Below are positions 12,101-24,100 of a DNA stretch of 64,000 nt, piece by piece; the stretch's first letter is position 1, and each line of letters begins with the position of its first letter. The DNA is from Balanoglossus misakiensis (lineage: Eukaryota > Animalia > Hemichordata). The stretch lies in NCBI GenBank assembly GCA_040954595.2, contig CM082596.2:3589025-3653024 (forward strand), in the 5' to 3' direction. The notes beneath the pieces were generated by a model, which was not told the origin of the DNA, did not search any database, and saw nothing but the letters and a program-made list of their open reading frames with translations. A program made the translations under genes and the position numbers.

Positions 12101-15100
12101 TTCAGCAAGAATATGGAACTGGTAATCATTGCCTTCTTTGAGATCGGTCACTTTGAATGTTGTCTCAGATACTGCATATTTGTTGATTCTGGTCCACATA
12201 GTTGTAAACTGTTCTTTCTTCTCCACATAATACCCAGTGACTGGAGAACCACCATCATCTTCTGGTGATAACCAATGCAAAGTCATGCTATTGGCCGTGA
12301 CATCTGAGAGGTCTGGTTTACCAGGTGGTCCTGGAACATCTGCAAGAAAAATGCCAATATGGTCAGTTCAGCAGAACAATCAGCGAATATTTACTGATTA
12401 TTTAGGCAAATAAAGTAACTTTCCTCACATGTTTCTTTGAGATCACAAGATAAAATTCACTCTGAATGCTGACTAGCTTTAATACACTTACCATATGGCA
12501 GTTTGGCAGTTTTTGGATCAGATGGTTCACTGAATTTGCCAACACCAGCCTTATTCTCAGCAGCCACTCTGAATTGATAGTCAGTTCCTTGAGTCAATCC
12601 AGTGACAGTGTATTCTGTACCAATGATCTTCTCATCTGCATAGACCTTGCCCCAACGTGTGCCAAATTCTTCTTTCTTTTCGATGACATAGTTGGTGATT
12701 CTGCTTCCACCATCAGATTCTGGCTCTGTCCATTTGATGGTCATTTGAGTGGCATCAGTCGACACCACCTTGGGTTTGCCAGGTGCATCAGGCACATCTA
12801 TGAAAGAAATAATATTGATTGCAGTTACATTTTTAAAATCACAACATTATTCATTTACACAGAAAGACATCATAGTATAGGTTGTCGCCAAGTACATAAA
12901 AATTCACACTCACCATATGGTGGTTTGGCTTTCTTTGGACCAGTGGAGTCACTTGGCTTGCCAACACCAGCTTTGTTCTCAGCACAGATTCTGAATTCAT
13001 ATTCATTGCCTTCTTTCAGACCTTCCACATTGTAGCTGGTCTCAGTCACAGCATATTTGTTGAGTCTAGACCATCTGAATCCAAACTGTTCCTTGACTTC
13101 AATGATATAGCCAGTGACTGGAGAGCCACCATCATCATCTGGTGCAGTCCACGTCAGTTTCAAGGATGTTTCCTTGATGTCAGAGACGTTTGGTTTGCCA
13201 GGTGGTCCAGGCACATCTACAGAATGATAACAATGTGGAATAAATACATTATTCTGTCACTGGTAAGAAATACCATACGAACAGCATCATACGGCTGAGT
13301 TCAGGGGTACTTACCAAATGGATGTTTAGCAATTCTGGATTCTGATGGTTCACTAGGTTTGCCAACACCAGCCTTATTCTCAGCAGCCACTCTGAACTGA
13401 TATTCAGATCCCTGTTTGAGGTCAGTCACAATAAATGTTGTCTCTGTGACATCAAATCTGTTGGCTGTTGTCCAGACATGAGACATCCTTTCTTTCTTTT
13501 CAATGATGTATCCTTTGACTGGGGCACCTCCATCATCCAGTGGTGGAGTCCAGTTCAATGTCATCTTGGTTGCTTCAACATCAGAGATAACTGGTTTTCC
13601 AGGTGGTCCGGGGAGACCTACAAATGAAGTGCAAAGAACAATATTTCTTGTTCTACATATAGAAACTACAGTTTCCCTTATTAGTATTAAAGTACTTTCC
13701 TATGTGCAAAAACTGCACAATGAAGAGTGAACATAGGGTAAAAGGAGTAATTTCTCTGCAATGAGATATCTTTTGAACCATGCTCATCAAGAACAGTCAA
13801 AACGATCACTCACCATATGGTGGCTTGGCAGTCTTTGGTTCAGATGGTTCACTGAATTTACCAACACCAGCCTTGTTCTGGGCTGCCACTCTGTACTGAT
13901 ATTCAGATCCTTCAGTTAATCCTGTCAGAGTGTAGGCAGTGTCCGTGATCTTCTCATCTGTGTGTACCTTTGTCCAGCGTGTACTGAACTCTTCCTTCCT
14001 CTCGATGACATAGTTGGTGATTTTGCTTCCACCATCAGATTCTGGCTCTGTCCATTTGATGGTCATGTTTGTTGCCTGTACTTCAGTCACTTTGGGTTTG
14101 CCTGGTGCATCAGGTACAGCTGTAATGACAGAAATAACTTAATGTATACAAATATTTTGGAGTATGTCTTTCTCAACATGCACGTACAAATAATGGTTTT
14201 TACTATCATATCCAATATTGTAATTTCCAAAGAATATTACTTACTGTATGGTGGTTTTGCTGTAACTGGACCAGTGGAGTCACTTGGTTTACCAACTCCA
14301 GCTTTGTTCTCAGCACAGACTCTAAATTCATAGGTCGAGCCTTCCTTCAAGTCATCAACAGTGTAGGAGAGATCAGTCACATCAAACTTGTTGATCTTTG
14401 TCCATCTTACACTGAATTGCTCTTTCTTTTCAACAGTGTATCCAGTGATTGGAGAGCCACCATCATCAAGAGGCACAGTCCAAGTCAGTTTCATGGATGT
14501 TGCATTGATGTCGGACACCACAGGGGTTCCAGGCGGTCCTGGCACATCTGTAAGTAAAGAATATAATTAAAGAGATTATTTACCTATCTGTATTTTGAAA
14601 TCCGCGAAGGGCATATTTAATATTTGTACTGAAATGTGGGTGCAAAAAACTACATTTTCAACTTACCATAGGGAAGTTTGGCAATCTTTGGTTCTGATGG
14701 TTCACTATATTTGCCAACACCAGCCTTATTCTCTGCAGCCACTCTGAATTGATAATCAGATCCCTGTTTGAGGTCAGTCACAATAAATGTTGTCTCTGTG
14801 ACATCAAATCTGTTGGCTTTGGTCCAGACATGAGACATCCTTTCTTTCTTTTCAACGATGTATCCTTTGACTGGGGCACCTCCATCATCCAGTGGTGGAG
14901 TCCAGTTCAATGTCATCTTGGTTGCATCAACGTCAGATACAAGTGGTACACTTGGGGCATCAGGGACACCTGGAATATCAATAACAGCATTGCAACCATT
15001 TAAATAAATAAACAAGTAAAAGTAATTTACCATGTGACTGTCTATGGTGGCCTTCCATACATCAACTATCATAGTCATACAAAATTGAACTTACCATAGG

Positions 15101-18100
15101 GTGGTTTGGCTGTCGTTGGGTCAGATGGTTCACTGAATTTGCCAACACCAGCTTTGTTCTCAGCAGCCACTCTGAATTCATAATCGGAGCCTTCGCTAAG
15201 TCCAGTTATGGTGAATGTTGTCTCCAGGATCTTTTCATCAACATAAACCTTTGCCCATCTTGTGCTGTATTGGTCTTTCCTTTCAATGACATAGTTGGTG
15301 ATTCTTGCGCCACCGTCGGATTCTGGTTCTGTCCATTTGATGGTCATACTTGTGGCTTGGACATCAGTCACCTTTGGTTTGCCAGGTGCTTCAGGTACAT
15401 CTATAAAAGGACAAAATAGGTATTTTAGTGTTTATATTTCCCCTTAAAAAATAGGTCTAAATCTATATTCAATTGTTATCAAAGAAATATATTTGCGTAA
15501 ACTAGTGAGTATGGTCACTTTAATCTTGAAATTTTTTGACCTTAAACATTCATACAATGTAGTAATCAATACGGAAAACAGACAACAACCACCTATAAAT
15601 TGGCCTTTCCATGTGTTACTTTTGATTGTCAAAAACAGATTGTTGCAAAATGTAATGTAGATAATTACCATATGGTGGTTTTGCAGTATGCTGACCAGTA
15701 GAATCACTGGGTTCACCAACACCAGCTTTGTTCTCTGCACAGACCCTGAACTCATACACAGATCCCTCTTTCAAGTCAGTAACTTTGTAAGTCAGATCTG
15801 CTGTACTCATTTTGTTGACCCTGGACCATCTGAATGCAAATTGTTCTTTGACTTCGATGAAGTATCCGGTGACAGGAGATCCACCGTCATCAAGAGGTGC
15901 AGTCCAGGTCATATTCATGGATGTTGCGTTGATGTCTGACACAGTAGGTTTTCCAGGTGGTCCTGGTACATCTGTGTGATGACAGGGAAACCAATCACAG
16001 GTCAAAACATTGATTTGAAACAAAAGTCTGATTTTCATCGGGGTTTTAGTTCCCTTGATCATTTGAAAATAAATGCAATTTTATATTTAAAAGTATTCTA
16101 AAGTAAACTAACACTTTGTAGGTATACTTACCATAAGGAAGTTTGGCAATCTTTGGTTCAGATGGTTCGCTGAATTTGCCAACACCAGCCTTATTCTCAG
16201 CAGCCACTCTGAACTGATATTCAGATCCCTGTTTCAGGTCAGTCACTACAAATGTTGTCTCTGTGACATCAAATCTGTTGGCCTTTGACCAGATGGTTGA
16301 GAACTTCTCTTTCTTTTCAATGATGTATGCTTTGACTGGGGCACCACCATCATCCAATGGTGGAGTCCAGTTTAGTGTCATCTTGGTTGCATCAACGTCA
16401 GAGATTACTGGTTTGCCAGGGGCATCAGGTACACCTATAGATGAGATAGGGAAATCAGAGCCATTGAAAAGATAGCTATAGACTATATCAAATGATATAT
16501 TACTTCCACGACAGTTATCATGAAGTCAATTACTGTAACAGTTGTAATTAATAATTGCTAGTATGCAGCACTTACCATAAGGTGGTTTGGCCTTTGTTGG
16601 TTCGGATGGTTCACTGAAATTACCAACGCCAGCCTTGTTCTCAGCAGCCACTCTGAATTGGTACACTGAGTCTTCTGTAAGACCTGTGACAGTGAAACTT
16701 GTATCTGTTGACTTGAATTCTGTGTGGACTTTACTCCAGCGGGTACTGAAGCTATCCTTCTGTTCAATGACATAGTTAGTGATAGGGCTTCCACCATCAG
16801 AGAGTGGCTCGGTCCATTTCAATGTAATCGTTGTGGCTGTTGTCTCTGTTGCCTTTGGCTTTCCAGGTGCTTCTGGTACATCTGTTGAATAAATTTAAGT
16901 TGTCAACAATGAAGGATGGAATATGGTACTTCATTGTAAGCAAAATGATACATGTACCGGTATGTATGTATATTAAATACTTTCTATCCAACAATCTGAT
17001 AATAAAAGGTACTTACCATATGGTGGTTTGGCTTTCTGTGGTCCAGTGGAATCACTAGGTTTGCCGACACCAGCCTTATTTTCAGCACAGACCCTGAACT
17101 CGTATGTTTCACCATCAGTCAGTCCATCCACAGTGAATGTGGTATCAACCACGCTGATCTTGTTGACTCTGGTCCATCTGGAACTGAATTTTTCTTTCCT
17201 TTCAACGACATACCCAGTGACTGGAGAGCCACCATCGTCTTCTGGTTCTGTCCAGGTTAGTTTCATGGATGTTGCATTGATGTCGGACACTTTGGGTTTT
17301 CCTGGTGGTCCTGGAACATCTGGAAATACATAACAGAAAGAATTCAATGCTGTAAATTGTTTACACATGATTATTGGCACACATTGGAAAAATTTGACAG
17401 CCATTTTAATAACCTATTGCAGTACATCTATCATATTCATAATTGTACATTTTCCACACAAAACTTACCATATGGAAGCTTGGCAACTGTAGGATCAGTT
17501 GGTTCACTATACTGGCCAAGACCAGCTTTATTCTCAGCAGCCACTCTGAACTGGTATTCTGTGCCTTCTCTCAAATCACTGACAGTGAAAGTAGTGTCAG
17601 TCACAGCATATCTGTTTGCCTTCTCCCATCTGCTGGAGAATTTGTCCTTCTTTTCGATGGTATATCCAGTGATTGGAGAACCTCCGTCAGTCAGTGGGAC
17701 AGTCCAGGTGAGGGCAATCTTTGTTGTGTCAACATTGGTTGTTGTAGGTTTGCCAGGTGGTCCAGGAGGATCTACGATAATAAATACGTATGATTAAGTT
17801 CAAAAGTTTGAAGTATACATTTTTTAAAGTGCACCTGAAGTCAGATTTCAAATGTTTTTCTTTTACATCAAAAGATTTCATATATTGACAAAGGTAGAAA
17901 CGACACTGGAAACATCTGATTTTGGTGAAACATAAAGCATTGCAGTGCACATCAGAAATGGATGTAGTACTTACCAAATGGTGGTTTAGCAATCCTTGGA
18001 TCAGAAGGTTCACTGTAATCACCAAATCCAGCCTTATTTTCTGCAGCCACTCTGAACTGATACTCAGATCCTTGCACTAAATCATTGACTGAGTGAGCTG

Positions 18101-21100
18101 TATCGTGTACTCTCTCGTCCATCTTAGTAACTTTCAGCCATCTGGCACTACTTGTCTCCTTCTTGTCAATCACATAACCTGTTACTCGGCTACCACCATC
18201 ATCTTCTGGTGATGTCCACGTCAGGTTCATTGATGTTGCCATTGTCTCAGTCACAGCAGGCTTGCCTGGTGGTCCAGGTACATCTGGGTATACAAAAAAG
18301 GTAATGGTGTCCTAAGAACCCTCATACTGAAGTTACAAAACCAGCCTTACATGCATTAATGTACCGCGAGAAAGCATTCAACAATAGTTTCTGGACTAAA
18401 GCAATATTACATTTAATTCATATCATGCATGGAATGCATTTTTGTTTCCATAGCTTTACATCTACATGTTTGTGTATAATGCAGTGATAAAATATACAGT
18501 ATTGCAGAGCATATGTTTGTATTATCTACTTCTAGTACTTGTATCATGCTCTTAAAAGTAAGGTAGATAACTGCATAACTTATGTGTGCAGAGCATTGCG
18601 AGTTTTTACCACTAGAGACATTTTACTGTCTTTGACAACTATGCAAGGTAACAGCAATGCAAATTATGCCATTTTCCATCTACATGCACATGTACATCCA
18701 AAATCTCCTCTGTAAAAAAAATTCAGGATAAAAACTTTGTGTGAAGACAATGTTATTAGAGTATTTATACAATGCAATGGTGCAGCCAGTTTTCCATGTT
18801 CCAGTCGTGCATTATCATGCATGACTTTTGTCTATCCGACTAACCATATGGTGGTTTAGCCATGATGGGTTTAGATGGTTCGCTGAACTTTCCAACTCCA
18901 GCTTTGTTTTCAGCTGCCACTCTGAAGGTGTATTCATTTCTCTCCTTCAAACCCTGGATGGTAAAATCTGTAGAAGTGACTCTGAACTTATTAGCTTTTT
19001 CCCATCTTGTGCTGAATTGGTCTTTCTTTTCGATGATGTATCCTGTCACCGGGCTTCCGCCATCGTTATCTGGGGGAGTCCAGGTTATTGTGATTGAGGA
19101 GGCAGTTGTCTCTGTCATGGTGGGTGTACTGGGAGCATCAGGGACATCTGAGACAAAGCAATGAGGGTTGAAATGAATAGAGGTAAGGAAAAAATGTGAA
19201 CATGTAAGAGACAGTGTGGTGTATCAGAAAATGGGACAGTGTGCTGTATCAAAGAAGTTCTGTCATGCAGAATTCTGTGCCACCACTGCACTTTACTTCA
19301 GATATCATCATTGTCCCATTCAGCAAATGGTCTGTCAGGTTTGCTTTTTCCGTCCATCTATTCACGATGACTATGGACTCAGTCTTCATCTTCTATACAT
19401 CATGGAGACATGCACACATGCATTTTCATCTTCATGGCTTACCATATGGATGTTTACACAAGACAGGTCTAGTAGACGGACTGAATGGACCAAGACCAGC
19501 TTTGTTCTCAGCAGCGACTCTGAATTCATACTCAGAGCCTTCAAAGAGTTCTTTGACTGTGAGAGTCAGCTCCGAGATCCTGTCTCTGGTGACTCTGGTC
19601 CACCTTGAGCTTGTCTTCTCTTTCCTCTCAACAACGTAGCCTAGGATCTTGCTGCCACCATCAGATGCTGGCGGTTGCCATTTCAGTGATACACTGACAG
19701 CTGTGATTTCAGTGACCTCGGGGGTGTCTGGTGCACCGGGCACATCTTTGTTGGAAATGAGGAATATTGGTGATGAAGAAAAAGTGGGGTTGAAAGAGGG
19801 GAAGTATATATTGATTGATGCAATCTACACATAGTCTAAGAGGAGCATGCACCTCATGCATTATGTGAAACAATGTCACCAGTTTTATTCAGATCAACTG
19901 ACATGAAACCCACTGTGATATTTTACCATGCCACTGACTGATGAAGAAATTTCTATCCATCAACATTACAAAGTTATATTCCAGTGATCTGATTTTAACA
20001 TTGTTCACTAAATAAAACCTGGATCTAGAAAAGGCCGCATCTTCAGGTAAACAAGCAAGAACTCCAGAAAGATCTACTGATTGTGTATGATTAAAGAAAG
20101 AATTGAGAAGAAAGAGAGAAAGGTGTTCATGACCAAACATGCTGGAATAGGACAGGGTGCCTACCATATGGTTCTTTGGCAATGACTGGTGCAGTTGGCT
20201 GACTGGGTTGGCCAACACCGGCCTTATTCTCAGCAGACACACGGAACAAATACTGGTTTCCCTCTCTCAAATCAGAGACTCTCATGGTCAAGTCAACCGT
20301 TTTTCCAGCAGAAACCCATCTTGAACTGTATTGTTCCTTGCGTTCAATGACGTATCCGGTGACCTTACTACCACCGTCAAATGCTGGCGGTTCCCAAGTC
20401 AATGTCAGTGACTTGCTTGTGACGTCGCTGACTGATGGTTTACTTGGTGGTTCAGGAACATCTTTTTCGTGGAGGGAATTTCAAGATGTGAGGATGGAAT
20501 ATGTGATGACAATATTATGATGTATGAGGAAGAAGAAAAATAACACATAAAAGACACACAGCTGCTGCTTCACTGATTGCTGTCACCTGTAACAAAATTA
20601 ATTTCATTATTTTTTGATCATTTAAAAAAAATACTTACCATATGGTGGTTTTGCCACTATTGGCTTTGATGGCTGACCTGGCTGACCGACACCAGCTTTG
20701 TTTTCGGCACTGATACGGAATTCATACTCTGTGTCTTTGATCAGATCACCCACTGTAAACATGGTCTCTTTCACTGTTGTCCTGGTTGCTTTGGTCCACC
20801 TGTCCTTTGAGGTTTCGCGTTTCTCAATGATGTAGCCAGTAATTCTAGCACCACCATCAGAGTCAGGCGGGGTCCAGCTCAGTGTTGCTTGAGTATCTGT
20901 GACATCACTTACATCTGGTTTCCCAGGTGCATCTGGTGGGCTGATCTTCAGAGCGACAATGTCACTCGGGGCTCCGACACCAGCCTTGTTCTCAGCAAGA
21001 ACACGGAACTCATAGTCGTTTCCTTCAACCAAGTCTGTCACAGTAAACATGGCTTCTGTAGTTGTACCAACTTTGGTGAATCTTGCACTGAATTTCTCCT

Positions 21101-24100
21101 TCTTCTCAACAACATAGCCAGTGACTGGAGCACCTCCATCATTCTCAGGTGGAGACCATGTCAAAGTCAGAGATGTTGGTTTAGCGTCTTTGATGGCTGG
21201 TGAACCTGGTGGACCAGGAACATCTGGGAAGGGATTTGAGAAACATTTTAGACACTCCTGGTAAACATTAGTCAGATGTAAACCTAAGTATTGACAGGGA
21301 AAGAAGATAGTTTGAATAAGTTCTGAAATATTCATGCCAAGAAAGATTTGCATGCATAGCAGGATGTGGCCTTGTTGTTGTACCGTGCATGCGCTTACCA
21401 TATGGTGCTTTGGCAATCTTGGGTTCTGAGGGCGAACTTGGTTTGCCAACACCAGCCTTATTCTCAGCTGCCACTCTGAACTCATATTCACTGCCTTTCT
21501 GTAAGCCATTTACAGTGAATGTAGTCTCGGACACTCTGTAGTCATTGACTCTTGTCCAGCGAGAGCTGAATTTGTCTTTTCTCTCAATGACATAGTTAAA
21601 GATTTCACTGCCACCATCAGATTCAGGTGGAGTCCATGTCAGTTTCATTGTCTTCTCAGTTACATCTGTTACACTAGGTTTCCCAGGTGCATCAGGAACG
21701 TCTGGGTATGTAGAGAAGGAAGGAAGGAAGCAAATGAAGGAAGGAATGAATAAGAGGTGACTGTTCCGTCTAGAGTTAGGAGATTTCCAGTAAAATTGAA
21801 CGGGATAGTAATGTTTCAGATGTGAGAAATTGATGATGAGCAGCATGCACAATGGGGGGTTTTCAGGAGGAGGTCTGTCAAGTATGGCGATAGAAGCAAA
21901 ATCAGAAAGACCAACGTGAAAGACATTTTCTTTACAAACTCACCATAGGGTGGTTTGGCAACCTTTGGACCAGCAACGTCACTTGGTTTGCCAAGACCAG
22001 CGTTGTTTTCTGCTGTGACCCTAAATTCATATTGTGTGCCTTCAGTCAGTTCCTTGACTGTGTATTCCAAGGATGTGATGGTTTGTTTGGTGACTCTAGT
22101 CCATCGACTGGAGAACTGTTCCCTTTTTTCAATAACATAATTGGTGATTGGGCTACCACCGTCACTTTCAGGTGGGGTCCAAGTCAGAGTCATTTCAGTA
22201 CTGTCTACTGCAATTATCTTAGGTTTTCCAGGTGCATCGGGTACATCTGGTAACAAGAGGGATATTAAGAACAGAAAAAGACAAAAAAGAGTGAGAAACC
22301 TGCACCAATAAACCTCGTTCGCAGTTTGAATGACCAATAGAAGAAAGAGATGAAAAAGGAATGAAGTCATGCATAACTGCATCTTATCAGTCTCATGTCA
22401 GTTGGTGACTGACTCATGCTGTTCACCTATACAGAACTCACCATAAGGTGGTTTGGCCATTTGGTTTCTAGATGGTTCACTGAATTCGCCAACACCGGCT
22501 TCATTCTCTGCAGCCACCTTGAATCGATGCTCCGACCCTTCCATGAGATCCGTCACAACGAACGTCAACTCTTTCACTGCTGTCTTATTGGCTCTGATCC
22601 ATCTGCCTCTGCTTACATCACATCTCTCGATGTGATATCCTGTGATCTCACTACCTCCATCTTTCTCAGGCGGTGTCCATGTAATTGTCATCTGGGTCCT
22701 GTCGTACTCTGTGATCTCCGGAGCAGAAGGAGGACCAGGTGGATCTGAAAACAAAGTTTTGATTATAGACTCCATTGTCTTCAAAGAAAGCTAGACATCA
22801 CCATGGCATGCATATTTCAGTTTCACACGAAACTTACAGATCTTTGGCTTGGTAGAGACAGGTTGACTGGGTTGACTTGGTGGACCTGTACCAGCCTTAT
22901 TTTCAGCGGATACGCGTAACTCATACTCTGTTTTTTCTTTGAGATTTGTTACACTGTGTGTTGTGGTATGTAGCCGTTCCGTTACAACTTTCCATGTTGT
23001 AGATGTTGTTTCTTTGATCTCAATAGTGTAGCCTGTGATCCTGCTGCCACCGTCAGAAGTGGGAGGCTTCCAAGTAAGGGTAAGAGATGTCGTGTTGACA
23101 TCAGTTATAGAAGGCCTGCTTGGTGCTTCAGGCACGTCTGGAGAGAAGTAGTGTGGAAAGATACATGGGAGATTTGAAATGGAAGACAGTAGCGAGAGGA
23201 AGATGGAAATATTCAAAGAGAATATGAAAGGCAATAAAGAGAAAGACAGAAAAGACAAAGATCTGCACAGAAACTAACCAATGGGGGCTTGGGCAACTCT
23301 TGGTTCAGATGATTGGCTGTATTCACTCACACCAGCCTTGTTTTCAGCAGCAATTCTGAAGTGATATTCAGAACCTTCAAACAGGTCTCTGACTGTATAC
23401 TCAGTATCAAGAGTGATGTCATCTTTATTGACACGGATCCATCTTGTGCTCGATGTCTCCTTCCTCTCCACAATGTAAGTTTTGATCTTACTGCCACCAT
23501 CCGACTCAGGGGCAGACCATGAGAGTGTCATGGATGTTGCTTTGATGTCACTGACCACAGGTTGACCAGGTGCACCGGCAACATCTGGGAACAAAGTCCA
23601 GGTGTTCAGCATTAAAACAAGGAGAATCTTTATACAAGTTTATTTTCTCCTATGAGACCACATGCAGATCAATTGCTCACACCAAAGGGGTCAATTTTGT
23701 CATGTTAATTTGACAAACACATTCCACACAGATTAAAGCAAAACCAGGGCTGTGAAGCCAACTCCATGAAGAACAGTTTCAGGCCAGCAGACTCTTCTGA
23801 AGTCTCCAATATTGAGATTAAGTGATGGCTACTAAAATGACAGTGAGAGAATGTGTACCAGGCATCACAGATACACGAAAAGAAGCCATTAAGAGTAAGT
23901 TGCACATGCCACCACCTTGTGAAATGACAAAGCAAAGCCAGAACAGGTACAAGGACAAGATCACATAAATATTCCACATTATGTGGAGCATCAGTGAGAA
24001 CACTGTCAGCAGACATTGTGATGTGTGAGAAGGAAAGATACACTTTTTGACTTTCCCTGCCAGAAGAACACATCGTACAAGCTGTCAAGACAGACCAACA

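Larger units (their letters stand above)
1..14547. repeat. Tandem segmental duplication of a 15-exon (16-FN3) block, period ~7.4-7.8 kb
   Basis: Exon-by-exon paralogy, e.g. 370/8162, 994/8831, 2209/9987, 3889/11613, 4312/12037, 5285/12914. Confidence 0.9.

Noticed and set aside
1-14547. Duplication as an assembly artefact (merged haplotypes)
   Set aside because: Most introns are unalignable and several exon pairs are well diverged, unlike alleles
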